Of a DNA stretch of 64,000 nucleotides, positions 52,262 through 64,000 are shown in pieces. The notes beneath the pieces are model-generated. The model was not told the DNA's origin and made no database searches. It saw only the letters and a program-made list of their open reading frames with translations. The DNA is from Mobula hypostoma (Eukaryota): assembly GCF_963921235.1 (NCBI RefSeq), contig NC_086097.1, forward strand, positions 27,406,001 to 27,470,000, read 5' to 3'. The number at the start of each line of letters is the position of its first letter. Position 1 is the stretch's first letter. The position numbers and the translations under genes were made by a program.

Positions 52262-53690
52262 GAAATCCTTCTCAAACAGCAAGAAGAAGAAAGCTGATAG
52301 GACAGCAGAGTGGACCATGAGAGAAAAAGGAGGAGAGAGGGCACCTTGGGAGGTGATAGGCAGGTGAGAAGAGGTAAGTGGCCAGAGTGAAGAATAGAAG
52401 AAGAGTGAATGGAGAGGGGGAAAACATTACAGGAAAGAGATATCAATGTACATGCCATCAGGTTGGAGGCTACCTAGATGCACTAGATGAGTTGTACTCC
52501 TTCATCCTTAGAGTGGCCTCATCATGGCGAAAGAGGAGGCCATGGACCAGATGTTGGAATAGGAATGAGGATAGGAATTAAAATGGTTGGCCACCGTGAA
52601 ATTCTGCATTTGGTGGATGTAGCGAGGGTGCTTGACAAAGCGGTCGGTCCCCAAACCTATGTCGGATCTCACCAGTGTAGAGGAGGCCCTATTGGGAGCA
52701 CCGGATGCAACAGATGACTCCAACAGATTTTCAGGTGAAGTGATGCGTCACCTGGAATAACTGTTTGGGGCCCTAAATGAAGGCAAGGGAGGAGGTGAAT
52801 GGGCATGTGTAACATTTCTAAGATTAGAGGGGAGGGATGAATGGACAAAGGAATCATGGAGGGTGTGATCCCTGCGGAAAGCAGAGAGTGGGATGGAGGT
52901 AAAGATGTGTTTGATGCTAGGATCCCTTGAAGATGGCGGAAGCTGCAGAGAATGATGTGTTGGATGCGGAGGCTCATGGAAGCAGTAGGTAAGGGCAAGA
53001 GGAACTCCATCACTGTTAAGGTGGTGGGAAGATGGGATAAGTGTGGATGTCTAGGAAATTGAGGAGATCCAGGTGAGCACAGCATCAACGGTGGAAGAAG
53101 GGAAACCCCGTTTTTCGATGAAGGAGAACATTTCTGATGTACTGGAAAGGAAAGCCTCATCCCAGGAATAAATGTGGTGGAGACAATGGAACTAAGAAAA
53201 GGGAATAGCATTTTACAGGAGACAGGATGGGAAGAAGTATAGTCAAAATAGCCGTGGGAATTGGTAGGTTTATAAAAGATGTCGGTAGGCAGTTTGTCTC
53301 CAGAGATGGAGACAACAAGGTTGAGAAAGGGGAGAAAGGTGTCAGAAGTGGACCAAGTTAATTTAAGGGCTGGGTGGAAGTTGAAGGCAAAATTGATGAA
53401 ATTGACAACCTCAGCATGGGTGCATGAAGCAGCATCAATGCAGTTGTCAATGTAGTGGAGGAAGAGATGGGGAATATTACCAAGGAAGATTGGAATATGA
53501 ACTGTTCTACATAGCCAACAGAAAAGCAGGCATAGCTGAAGCCCATGTGGATGCCCATGGCTACCCCTTGAGATTGGAGAAAGTGGCAAGAGCCAAAGGA
53601 GATATTGTTGAGGGTGAGGACCAGTTCTGCCCAATGGAGGAGAGTGGTGGTGGAAGGGAAACTGGCTGGATATTTTGTTGAGGAAGAAGT
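52262..53690 (-). mobile_element. Penelope-like element RT plus GIY-YIG pseudogene
   Basis: Frameshifted remnants GVAMGIHMGFSYAC, FLHYIDNC (decayed YIDD), FHPALKLTW...LPFLN, YKPTNSHGYFDYTSSHP and VANHFNS. Confidence 0.9.
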
Positions 53691-54560
53691 TAAAAGTTCA
53701 AAGTAAATTTATTATCAAAGCACATATATGTCACCATACATTTTCTTGCAGGCATAATCAATAAACCCATAACAGAGTCAATGAAAGACCGCACCAACAA
53801 AGCGTTCAACCAGTGTGCAAAAGACAATAAAATGTGCAAATACAAAAAAGAAGGAAAAATAATAATAAACAAACAAACAACTAAATAAATATGCAAGCCA
53901 TAAATATTGACAGCATGAGTTCTTGAAAGTGAGTTCATAGTTTGTGGGAATGGTTCAATCATGGGGTAAGTGAATTTCAAGAGCATGATGGCTGAGGGAT
54001 AATAACTGTTCCTGAACCTGGTGGTGTGACTCCTGAAGCTTCTGTACCTTCTTCCTGATAGCAGCATTGAGAAAGGAGCATGTCCTGAGTGGTGGGGTCC
54101 CTGATGATGGATGCTGCTTTTCTGCAACAACGCTCCATGTAGATGTGCTCAATGGTAGGGAGGACTTTACTCATGATGGACTGGACCATATTCACTACTT
54201 TTTGTAGGATTTTCTATTTAAGGACATTGGTGTTACCATGCCAGGGTTGTGATGCAGCCAGTCAATATACTCTCCACCACACATCTATCGAAGTTTGTCA
54301 AAGTTTTAGATGTCACGCCCAATCTCTGCAAACTCCTAAGGAATTAGAGGTACTGCTGTACTTCCTTTGTAATTGCATTTACGTACTAGGCCCGGGCAAG
54401 TCCTCTGAAATTATAACACTGCGGAATTTAAAGTTGCTGACCCTCTCCACCTTTGATCCCCTAATGAGAAATGGCTCATGGACCTCCATTTTTTTGCTCC
54501 TGAAGTCAATAATCAGCTCCTTGGTCTTGCTGATTTTGAGTAAGAGTTTGTTGTTGCAGC
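53690..54560 (-). mobile_element. Rex1/Babar-like LINE 3' fragment with 3'UTR
   Basis: Contains PTIEHIYMERCCRKAASIIRDP and LSGRRYRSFRSHTTRFRNSYYP, and ends tttgataataaatttactttgaacttt. Confidence 0.8.
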
Positions 54561-56268
54561 ATCAACGGACAGCTTTAAGGTCTTCCTTTCCGGACTCTTA
54601 TACAGCTGCAACATTACCTCATGGTTTTGAATCCCCTGACTAATGAAGCCAACACACCATATCCTTATGAACCACCCTATCAACTTGCAGACAGCAAAAT
54701 CTGAATTGCCCTATTAAGAACATCTCTGCACTGTAAAACATAAGATGTCATTGGAAATTTTAATGAAGTAAAAGGTTGCAGCTATCCTACAACTAGAAAA
54801 GTAAGAAAAAATATGCAGCATAATGGTAAATGAATGGTGTCTGTTGAAAATGTTTAAAGTGGTATAGTGTAAAGGAGAACAGGTGGTTAGTACTGGGTAA
54901 GGGGCATGGTAGTGGTGGAGGTATCAGGAGATAATGAGAGCTGGATGTAATGACCCCCTCACCCAGGTTTGCAAGGTCCAGGGTCAGAGTCTGGAGTTCA
55001 AGGCCCATGACTGGTGAGTCCTGGGGTCAAAACCAAAATCTGATGCCTGATGGTCAAAGACTGAAGTTGGTGAGTTTAGAAATCAAGGCCCGATGGTCGA
55101 AGCCCCTTGGTTGGCATGTCTGGAAGTTGTAGGATTGATGTCTGCGAATCTGATAATGTGGGATAGGTTCTGGAGGTTAGAGGTCAGAAGGCTGCCTGTC
55201 TGGGGTTGAAGACCTGTCTGTGTGAATGAATTGGTGGGTGGGAGGGAGGGAGGGAAAGGGGCTTGTTTTGCTCTTCACGTTTTGTTGCAGTTGCAGTTGT
55301 TGCTATTTGTGTTGTTCTGCTAAATATTGTGGACATGCTATGTTGGCACCTGTATGTATGGCGACACTTGTGGACTGCCCCCAGCACATCCTTAGGTTGT
55401 GTTGGTTGTTAACGCAAATAACGCATTTCACTGTACGCATTCAATGTAAATGTGATAAATACATGAATCTGAATCTGAGCTGTTAAATTGACTGCATGCA
55501 CCTTCGATTCCCATCACAATTATCTGTCTAGTCAAGCAGCAATTAATATCCTTCCATTTTCAATATTTTTTAAACTAATATTCAAGGATAATTTTAAAAT
55601 ATGCAATTCTTTTCATGCTTATCGACTTGTTCCTCTGGGTTGCTGGCAACAGTGCTTTGCAATTTAATCTTGCAGAATCCTGGAAAGATGCCGGTCCCAG
55701 AGATAGATGATGGATTAACAAGATCAGACAAAAGGTGTAAGGGCACAACAGCAACTTGGATTGGCTGAGACTTTCTCTATTCTAGTGTAACTGGTGCCTG
55801 TACACTAGCTGTCCAAGCTGACACATGCAGCCCGAGAGATGACAATCTCTACTTCGAGGCTCAAGTGTAATCATCTTTAAAATTTCCATAATAAAAACAG
55901 AAAACGATGGAAAGACTCAGAAGGTCAGACATCATCTGTGGAAGGAGAAACTTAATGTTTTAGAACAGAGAACATAGAACATTACAGTCTGTCCTTCAGC
56001 CCACAACATTGTGCAGACCTTTTAACCTATTCTAAGATCAATCCAACACTTTCTTCATCTATGTGCCTATCTAAGAGTCTTTTAAATGTCCGTAACGTAT
56101 CAGCCTCTACCACCATCCCTGGCAGCACATTCCACACACCCACCACACTGTGTAAAAAAATTATCACTGACATCCCTTTATACTTTCCCCCAATCACCTT
56201 AAAATTATGCCTCCTTGTATTAGCCACTTCTGCCCTGGTTAAAAAACTCTGGCTGTCCACTCAACCCA

Positions 56269-56960
56269 CAGCGGCATGCAAAAGTTTTGGCACCCCTGGT
56301 CAAAATTTCTGTTACAGTGAATAGTTAAGTGAGTAGAAGATGAACTGATCTCCAAAAGTCATAAAGTTAAAGATGAAACATTCTTTTCAACATTTTAAGC
56401 AAGATTAGTGTATTATTTTTGTTTTGTACAATTTTAGAGTGAAAAAAAAGGAAAGAAGCATCATGCAAAAGTTTGGGCACCCCAAGAGATTTGAGCTCTC
56501 AGATAACTTTTACCAAGGTCTCAGACCTTAATTAGCTTGTTAGGGCTATGGCTTGTTCGCAGTCATTGTTAGGAAAGGCCAGGTGATGCAAATTTCAAAG
56601 CTTTATAAATACCCTGACTCCTCAAACCTTGTCCCGACAATCAGCAGCCATGGGCTCCTCTAAGCAGCTGCCTAACACTTTGAAAATTAAAATAAATGAT
56701 GCCCACAAAGCAGGAAAAGGCTATAAGAAGATAACAAAGTGTTTTCAGGTAGCTGTTTCCTCAGTTCATAATGTAACTAAGAAATGGCAGTAAACAGGAA
56801 TGGTGGAAGTCAAGTTGAGGTCTGGACGACCAAGAAAACTTCCCAAGAGAACTGCTCATAGGATTGCTAGAAAGGCAAATCAAAATCCCCGTTTGACTGC
56901 AAAAGACCTTCAGGAAGATTCAGCGGACTCTGGAGTGGTGGTGCATTGTTCTACTGTGCT
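56269..56960 (+). mobile_element. Tc1 (IR/DR-type) transposon left end with transposase N-terminus, 3'-truncated
   Basis: End sequence CAGCGGCATGCAAAAGTTTTGGCACCCC with an internal direct repeat at about 56462. ATG 56650 gives MGSSKQLPNTLKIKINDAHKAGKGYKKI...KKWQ*TG...RSGRPRKL...NPRLTAKDL. Confidence 0.9.
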
Positions 56961-57093
56961 CTAGAATGGTGTTTCTGGATTTCACTTTGGCATTTAATAC
57001 TTTTGTTCCATAGACCTCGGTGAACAAACTCCTACTCTTTGGTCTAAATGAACCACTGTACAATTAGGTTTTGGTCTTCCTAACCAACAGACC

Positions 57094-57880
57094 TCAGATA
57101 GTCAGGATACACAACCTCTTCTCTCTCCCCGTCATCCTCAACACAGGTGTCTCCCAGGGCTGTGTCCTGGCCCATTGTTGTATACTCTGCTCACACGTGA
57201 CTGCATGACCAAACACCCAAGTAATCACATTCTCAAGTTCGCCAATGACACAACAGTGATGAGACGCATCACCAACAACAATGAGATGGCCTACAGAGAG
57301 GAGGAGGAAGCACTCAAGGCCAGGTGCCAGGCAAATAAACTCTTTCTCAATGTCAATAAGACAAAAGAGATGGTTACTGATTTCAGGAGAATTTGCACCA
57401 CCCACCATCCCCTTTACATCAACAACACACACAGCAGTGGAAACTGTGAGGAGTTTCAAAATCTTGGGACTGCACATCTTACACAACCTCTTATGGTTCC
57501 AGAACACATTCTACACAATCAGGAAAGTTCACCTACGTTTCTATTTTCTGAGGAAGCTGACGAACAGGATTATGTACATCTGTACTCATGCCCTTCTACA
57601 GATGTGCAGTAGAGAACGTCCTAACATGCTGCATCACTTCATTGTATGAAAGCTGCGCAATGCATCACCAGCACCTCCCTACCTGACATTAAGGAATTAG
57701 GTACAGAAATGTGCTGGAAAGGGGCCAGTATCATCATGAAGGATCCCAAACACCTTGCTCATGGATTGTTTGTCCCACTCCCATCAGAGTGGAGGCTCCA
57801 CAGCATCTATGCCAGGACCACCAGACTCAAACAGTACCTTCCCAAAGAAGTAAGGCTTATCAACAACTCCAACCACTAAC
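57094..57880 (+). mobile_element. Rex1/Babar-like LINE RT fragment
   Basis: Contains NTGVSQGCVLAHC, ILKFANDTTV and LNVNKTKEMVTDFRR. Confidence 0.8.
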
Positions 57881-58066
57881 CCACTACTCCAGACCCCCTA
57901 CTACACTACTTTATCATTTCTTGTCAGAATCAACTTGTGTACACATACTGCTGTTCCTAGCATCACTTTATGGATATAGAATATCTCTCTCTCTCTATAT
58001 ATATATATATAAAATCACTTTATGGATATAGAATCACTCTATATATATATATATATATATATATAT

Positions 58067-58700
58067 GCTAACAGGCGGGAGGCGAAGAAGGCAGTGTGAC
58101 GCAGCGCACACAGCTCTCCGGTGAAATGATATCGTATTTGTAAGTAGAATGCCGTGTACAATTCTGATTTGATGGAGACAGACGTGAGAAGCAGAGGGAC
58201 ATCTGGAGAAATTTCTGAAATGCCCAGTTCGCTGCCGCTGCTACTGTGTGATCGAGATCTCCGGAGGGAAGGCCCCAAAATCCCCGGCTTTGCCTGCTGC
58301 TGGCGACCAAGGCTGAGGTCGAAGCGTTCGGCAGAGATGGTGCTCGGTACTCGGTATCGGACAGCTGATCAGAGCTCGAAGTTTTCAGATTACTCAGAGT
58401 CGGACTGTGGTTGGGCATGGCAGGGATAGTTTTCTTCCTTCTCCCGTCTGCGTGAGATGTGGGACTTCCGAGAGACTTTGAACTTTTTTACTGTGCCATG
58501 GCCTGTTCTTCATCAAGTTATGGTATTGTTGCACTGTTGTAACAATATGTTATAATTATGTGGTTTTTGTCAGTTTTTCAGTCTTGGTCTGTCCTGTGTT
58601 TCTGTAATATCACACCGGAGGAATATTGTATCATTTCTTAATGCATGCATTACTAAATGACAATAAAAGAGGACTGCGAGTCCTCATAATCTAATCTAAT
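58067..58700 (+). mobile_element. CpG-rich non-autonomous retroposon next to a (TA)n tract, family unassigned
   Basis: GC/CpG-rich 5' half and AT-rich 3' half ending AATAAA...(aatct)n, preceded by a (TA)n microsatellite. Confidence 0.55.
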
Positions 58701-59721
58701 GTAGTTATACAAGGCTATAAGATAGACGAGCAGAATTAGGCCATTTGGCCTACCGAGTCTGCTCTGCTATTCCATCATGGCTGATTTATTATCCCTCTCA
58801 ACCCCATTCTCCTACCTTCTCCCTGTAACCTTTGACACCCTCAAGTACCTATCAACCTCCCCTTTAAATATATTCAATCACTTGGCCTCCACAGCTGTCC
58901 ATAGCAAGGAATTCTACAAAATCTCCACCTTCTTGCTAAAGAAATTCCTCCTCAACTCTATTCTAAATGGACTTCCCTGCATTCTGAGACTGTGTCCTTT
59001 GGTCCTAGACTCACCCACTACAGCAAATATCCTCTCCACACCCACTCTATCTAAGCTTTTCAATATTTGATAGGTTTCAGTGAGGCCCCCCCTCATTTTC
59101 CAGCAAGTTCAGGCCCTGAGCCATCAAACGCTCCTCAAACATTAAACCTTTCATTCCCAGAAACATTCTCATGAACCTCCTCTAGACCCTCTCCAATGCC
59201 AGCATATCTTTGCTTAGATAAGGGGTCCAAAACTGTCTACAAAATTCCGAATACGGTCTGACCAACGCCTTAGCATTACATCTTTGCTCTTATATTCTAG
59301 TGTTCTGGAAAAGAATGCTAACATTATATTTGCCTTCCTTAGCACTGACTTAACTTGCAAGTTATCCTTTAGGGACTCCCAAGACCCTTTGCACCTTTGA
59401 ATTTTGAACTGTCTCCCCATTTAGAAAATAGTCTTTATTCCTTCTACCAAAGTGCATGACCATACACTTTCCAACACTATATTCCATCTTTGCCCATTCT
59501 CCCACAATGTCTTAAGTCCTTCAGCAGACTCCCTACTTCCTCACACTACCTGCCCCTCCACTTAGCTTTGTGTCATCTGCAAACTTGGCCACAAAGCCAT
59601 CAATCCTGCCATACAAATCACTGATATATAATGTGAAAAAAACAGCCCAAATACCAACCCTTGTGGAACACCACTGGCAGCCAACCAAAATAGGCCCCAT
59701 TTATTCTCACTCTTTACCTTC

Positions 59722-60545
59722 ATTGTGCGCATGCGCCGGTCGTGCATGCAGGCTGGTACAGCCGTTCCGAACTATTCTTTTACCTTTTCTTCTTACTTTT
59801 TAATTTACGTTACTTTTTTGTATTTTTTTTCTCATGGTAACACGTCGAAGTTGCACCCTCTCTAATGTGCTGGTAGAGAGAGTTTTATTTGGGTTTTCTT
59901 TAGCACTGGAAATGGTTACATCCTGACACGCGGGACAGAAGCAAGGTCGCCTTGTGTATTCCACGGACCAGCAAACACCGGCCGGTTTAGCGAGTAGTGT
60001 GGTGGACACCCCTGCCAAAATCCAGAGGAAAACACACAGAGGGGGATCACAAAGCCGAGGAAAGAGGACTGGGTCGAGACAACAGAGACTTTTGGAGAAG
60101 AGGAGTTTGGTGGGTAATACCATTCCGGCTGACCGGAAGTGCACCGAGAGTGGTAAGCGGCATGAAGGAGTGGGGTGCTTACTGATCTGGCTAACAACAG
60201 ATGGTGCAATCCGGAGTATATTACGATCGAGGAACATGTTTGCAGACTGGACACTGAACCTTTTACTGTTGGACTTCGGCCACATTCCACCGTGATACAG
60301 CACTGGCAGCACGGGAGGTCGTTCCTGCCTATGGCCATCGAACGTGCAGCTCCTCCCATGGAGGGTCGGACACCCTGAGTCAATAGACTGGTCCTGGACT
60401 TGTTTTCCATCTGGCATGGTTTGCGTTTTGTTGTTTGATTGTTGGGGTTTTTTGTATTGCTATATTTACGCTCTATTCTTGGTTGGTGCGGCTATAACAA
60501 AACCAAATTTCCCTCTGGATTAATAAAGTATATCTATCTATCTAT
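59722..60545 (+). mobile_element. Internally deleted Rex1/L2-related non-autonomous element nested in CR1
   Basis: CpG-rich 5' end, an N-terminal leader remnant YSTDQ...RKTHRGG...GKRTG, an endonuclease-like remnant VCRLDTEPFTVGLRP, and the end AATAAAG(tatc)n. Confidence 0.6.
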
Positions 60546-61280
60546 CCATTACAGGATATTTTTGTAATACCCTGGGCTCTTATCTTGTTAAACAGCCTCA
60601 TATGTGGCACCTTGTCAAAGGCCTTCTGAAAATCCAAATAAACAATATCCACTGACTCTCCTTTGTCTACCCTGCCTGTTATTTTCTCAAAGAATTCTAA
60701 CAGATTTGTCAGGCAAGATTTCCCCTTAAGAAAATTATGCTAACTTTAACCTATTTTATCATGTGCCTTCAAGCATACCAAAACCTTATCCTTAATAATG
60801 GACTGCAACATTTTGCCAACCACTGAAATCAGGTTAACTGACCTATAATGTCCTTTCTTTTCCCCCTCCCTTCTTAAGGAGTGGAATAGCATTTACAATT
60901 TTTCAGTCCTCTGGAACCAGGATCTAGTGATTCTTGAAAGATCATTACTAGTATCTCTAAATCCTCTTTATCTACCTCTTTCAGAACCCTAGGGTGCAGC
61001 CCATCTGGTACAGGTGACTTATTTACCTTCAGACTTCTTACCTTTCCAAGCACTTTATCCTTAGTAATAGCAACTACACTCACTTCTACCCCAAACACTC
61101 TTAAATTTATGGCATACTGCTAGCTATTCCACAGCGAAGACGGACACAAATTACATATTAATTTCGCCTGCCCTTCCTTTGTCCCCAAATATTACCTCTC
61201 AAACATTATTTTCCAATGGTCCAATACAATTCACCTCTCTCTTTATATAGCTGCTAAAACTTCTGGCAACCTCTTTTAAA

Positions 61281-61585
61281 GTAGGGGATTTGCAACCCAT
61301 TCCTTAGCTAGAGCCTTCAGCAATTTGGGCATTGAGGGAGAGAGGAAGAGGAGAGCCATCCGCAGTACCACCGATGCGGCAGAGAGGGCCTCAAGATGGC
61401 TGTGGCTCAAAAGAGGGGAGCCATGGAGTCATGAGTAGCTAGCCATCCGGACACAAGCTGGGGTCTGATCAGCCCCGGCTGGGTCAACTGGAGGAGGTTG
61501 TATGATGTTGAAAGACCCAAAACACCCGATGATTCCAGAAACATCACTGAAGATGTGTCCAGAAGCATCAGCAGATGTATGTACA
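61281..61585 (+). mobile_element. HERO-like (restriction-like endonuclease) non-LTR element 3' end
   Basis: Reads RGFATHSLARAFSNLGIEGERKRRAIRSTTDAAERASRWLWLKRGEPWSHE*, followed by a 3'UTR containing the hairpin ggggtctgatcagcccc. Confidence 0.65.
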
Positions 61586-62684
61586 CAGACATGCTTTTTC
61601 TATCTTCTATCTTCTGTTGTAATTTACATCCCACATACTGGCTACTGTTCAGAGGAGTGCATATAAGTCTAAACAGGATCTTTTTACTCTTGCAGTTTCT
61701 TAATTCTACCCACTAGGTCTCTACATCTTCCTGTCTATTGAATCTCAGAGCTGTACATGGTAACATATATGTTCTTTGATAATAAATTAATTTCGAACTT
61801 TGAACTATGTCACCTCTTTCTAAGGAACTGAATTCATATTTTACCAACAGACCACCCAATGCTCTCTGCCTACCTGCTTGTCCTTTCGATACAAGGTATA
61901 TCCTTGGATGTTAAGCTCTAAATTATAATCTTCTTTCAGCTATGACTGAGTGATGCCCACAACATCATTCATATCTGCAATCTCTAACTGTGCGCCAATA
62001 TTTATTGTTTTTTTATTATTGTGCTCTTTATCTTATTGTATATTTTTGTGCTGCATTAGATCTGGAGTAATAATTATTTTGATCTCCTTTACACGTGTAC
62101 TGGAAATGACATTAAGTAATCTTGAATCTTTACTCCAAAGAGAAAGCCGTAGTTCATTCAACGATCTTCATGCTCACTAATCCAGGCAGTATCCCAGTAA
62201 ATTTCCTCTGCACCCTCTATAAAGCTTCCACATTCTTCCTGTAAAGGAGGTGATCAAGACTGAAAACAATAATCCATATGCGGTCTAACCAGGGTTGGCT
62301 TCGGTTACCGTATAAGGTAACTGGAGAATGCACCCTAACAGATGTATGTAACAAGTTATAGAGGTACATTTCCTCACAGCTCTTGAACTCAATCCCCCGA
62401 CTAATGAAAACCTTCTTAACAACCCTATCAATTTGTGCGGCATCTTTGAAGGATCGATGGATATGGACCCCAAGATCCTGCTGCTCTTCCACAGGAGGAG
62501 TTTACGTGTGTACACTGAGTTTTATGTGTGAATCATTTAACAGATCTGTTAATAATCTGAGAAGATGAAGCATTAGAATAAACTTGCAAATTAGTAATAA
62601 GAACTTCTTTAACTAACTAAAAGGGAAAAAATTCCAGAAGGCATTCAGTATGGTGCTACGTAAAAGGATGCTGTTTATTAATCT

Positions 62685-62939
62685 GGCACGGTAGCGTAGT
62701 GGTTAGCGTAACACTTTACAACACCAGTGACCCAGGTTCAATTCTGCTGCGGTCTGTAAGGAGATAGTACGTTCTTCCCAGGACCTCGTGGGTTTCCTCT
62801 GGGTGCTCCTGTTTCTTCCCACATTCCAAAGATGTATGAGTTAGTAGTTTAATTATTCACATGGGTAAAAATGGGTGATGCGGGTTTGTTGAACTGGGAG
62901 GGCCTATTACCATGCCGTATCTCTAAATTTAAAAAAAAA
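62685..62939 (+). repeat. tRNA-derived V-SINE (tail type A)
   Basis: A box tagcgtagtgg, B box ggttcaattc, V-domain and A-rich end. Confidence 0.8.
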
Positions 62940-63389
62940 CCATCATAGATACAGGGTCAAAGCAAACAAGCCCATAAAATTTTCTCAACCACAGCCCCTT
63001 TTTTTTTAATTTTATTTTTATTTGGATAAGGAATTCACAATTATCATGTACTTTTTTCACACATATAACCTTTTCCATTTTTTTATATACCACAGCCCCT
63101 TCTATTGTTTTCTGAAATGTTGGCTACCCTTCTAAAAGATCCAATGTCCCAATGAAGGGTCTCAGCCCAAAATGTCGACTGTTAATTCTTCTCCATAGAT
63201 GCTGACTGATTTGCTGAGTTCCTAGAGCATTTTATGTGTGTTGCTCAAGATGTTCAGCACTTGTAGAATCTCGTGTTTACCCTTTTACAAATACCAGCCC
63301 CGCCCAAGCCAAACACCATGCTAACTTTGAAACTAGTAGCTGTATCTTCATTACTGTGGGGTTAAACCACTATTCTTGTTACGGTTTGA

Positions 63390-64000
63390 GTCTCTGGTAA
63401 ATAAGGTAAATGCAATGATGGCGTTTATTTCAAGGGGAATAGAATATAAAAGCAAGGAGGTAATGCTGAGCCTTTAAAAGACACTAGTCAGGTCGTACTT
63501 GGAGTATTGTCAGCAGTTTTGGGCCCCATATATCAGAACAGAAGGATGTGTTGTCATTGGTGAGAATTCAGAGGAGGTCCACGAGGATGATTCCAGGAAT
63601 GAAAGGGTTAACATATGAGGAACGTTTGGCACCTTTAGGCCTGTACTCACTGAAATTTAAAAGTATGTGGGGGGGGGCGGAATCTCTTTGAAACTTACTG
63701 AACGTTTGAAAGACATGTTGAGAGGATGTTTCCTATGATGGGGGTATCCAGAACTAGAGGGTACAGCCTCAAAATTGAGGGGTGACACTTTAGAACAGAA
63801 GTAAAGAGGAATTTTTTTTAGCCAGTGAGTAATGAATCTGTGGAATGCTCTGCCACAGACTGCAGTGGAGGCCAAGTCCGTGGGTATACTTAAGGTGGAA
63901 GTTGATTGTTTCCTGATCGGTCAGGGCATCAAAGGACATGGCGAGAAGGCAGGTGTTTGGGGTTGAGTGGGATCCGGGATCAGCCAGCAGAGCAGACTTG
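63390..64000 (+). repeat. CR1-type LINE 3' fragment
   Basis: RGIEYKSKEVML...LVRSYLEYCQQFWAP remnants followed by the CR1 3'UTR. Confidence 0.8.

Larger units (their letters stand above)
58715..61990 (-). mobile_element. Long decayed CR1 LINE ORF2 interrupted by two nested insertions
   Basis: Collinear remnants KSPVPDGLHPRVLKE, DFQKAFDKVPH, SGVPQG and KFADDTK, plus the CR1 3'UTR at about 58715-58900. Confidence 0.8.

Noticed and set aside
52669..53634. 321-aa ORF as a functional gene
   Set aside because: Only the middle is in the Penelope RT frame, the catalytic YIDD is mutated to YIDN, and the flanks are frameshifted.
59800..60417. 205-aa and 164-aa minus-strand ORFs
   Set aside because: They are antisense to a GC-rich retroelement remnant and show no recognisable domain.
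62685..62770. tRNA gene (also similar heads at about 4903, 31255, 42615, 46105)
   Set aside because: A and B boxes are present, but there is no convincing cloverleaf and each head continues into a V-domain, so these are SINEs.
44890..64000. Upstream TTC7B exon (and the final exon in 1-7500)
   Set aside because: I searched by eye for the expected peptides and found none. They probably lie outside the window, though a manual miss is possible.

Overview
This is eukaryotic vertebrate DNA, most likely from a cartilaginous fish (inferred from its mix of V-SINE, CR1, Rex1 and Penelope repeats). The window lies inside a TTC7B gene transcribed on the minus strand. Two in-frame coding exons are visible (41183-41323 and 7511-7713), separated by a 33.5 kb intron; the adjacent upstream exon and the final exon were not found. 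Most of the rest is decayed, often nested, transposable elements: CR1, Rex1/Babar, L1-like, R4/Dong-like and HERO-like LINEs, Penelope-like elements (PLEs), V-SINEs, Tigger/Tc1 DNA transposons and a solo LTR. The main hidden signal is about 15 copies of a minimal type I hammerhead ribozyme motif carried by PLE termini. One copy (27827-27864) has an intact catalytic consensus and lies on the TTC7B sense strand, while most others are disrupted at CpG sites. Other leads are a 160-bp near-perfect hairpin inside a Tigger remnant and candidate TTC7B microexons in a repeat-poor zone upstream of the 141-nt exon. Repeat boundaries are approximate unless target-site duplications (TSDs) or terminal inverted repeats (TIRs) are given. 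Family assignments come from motif recognition; no database searches were run.
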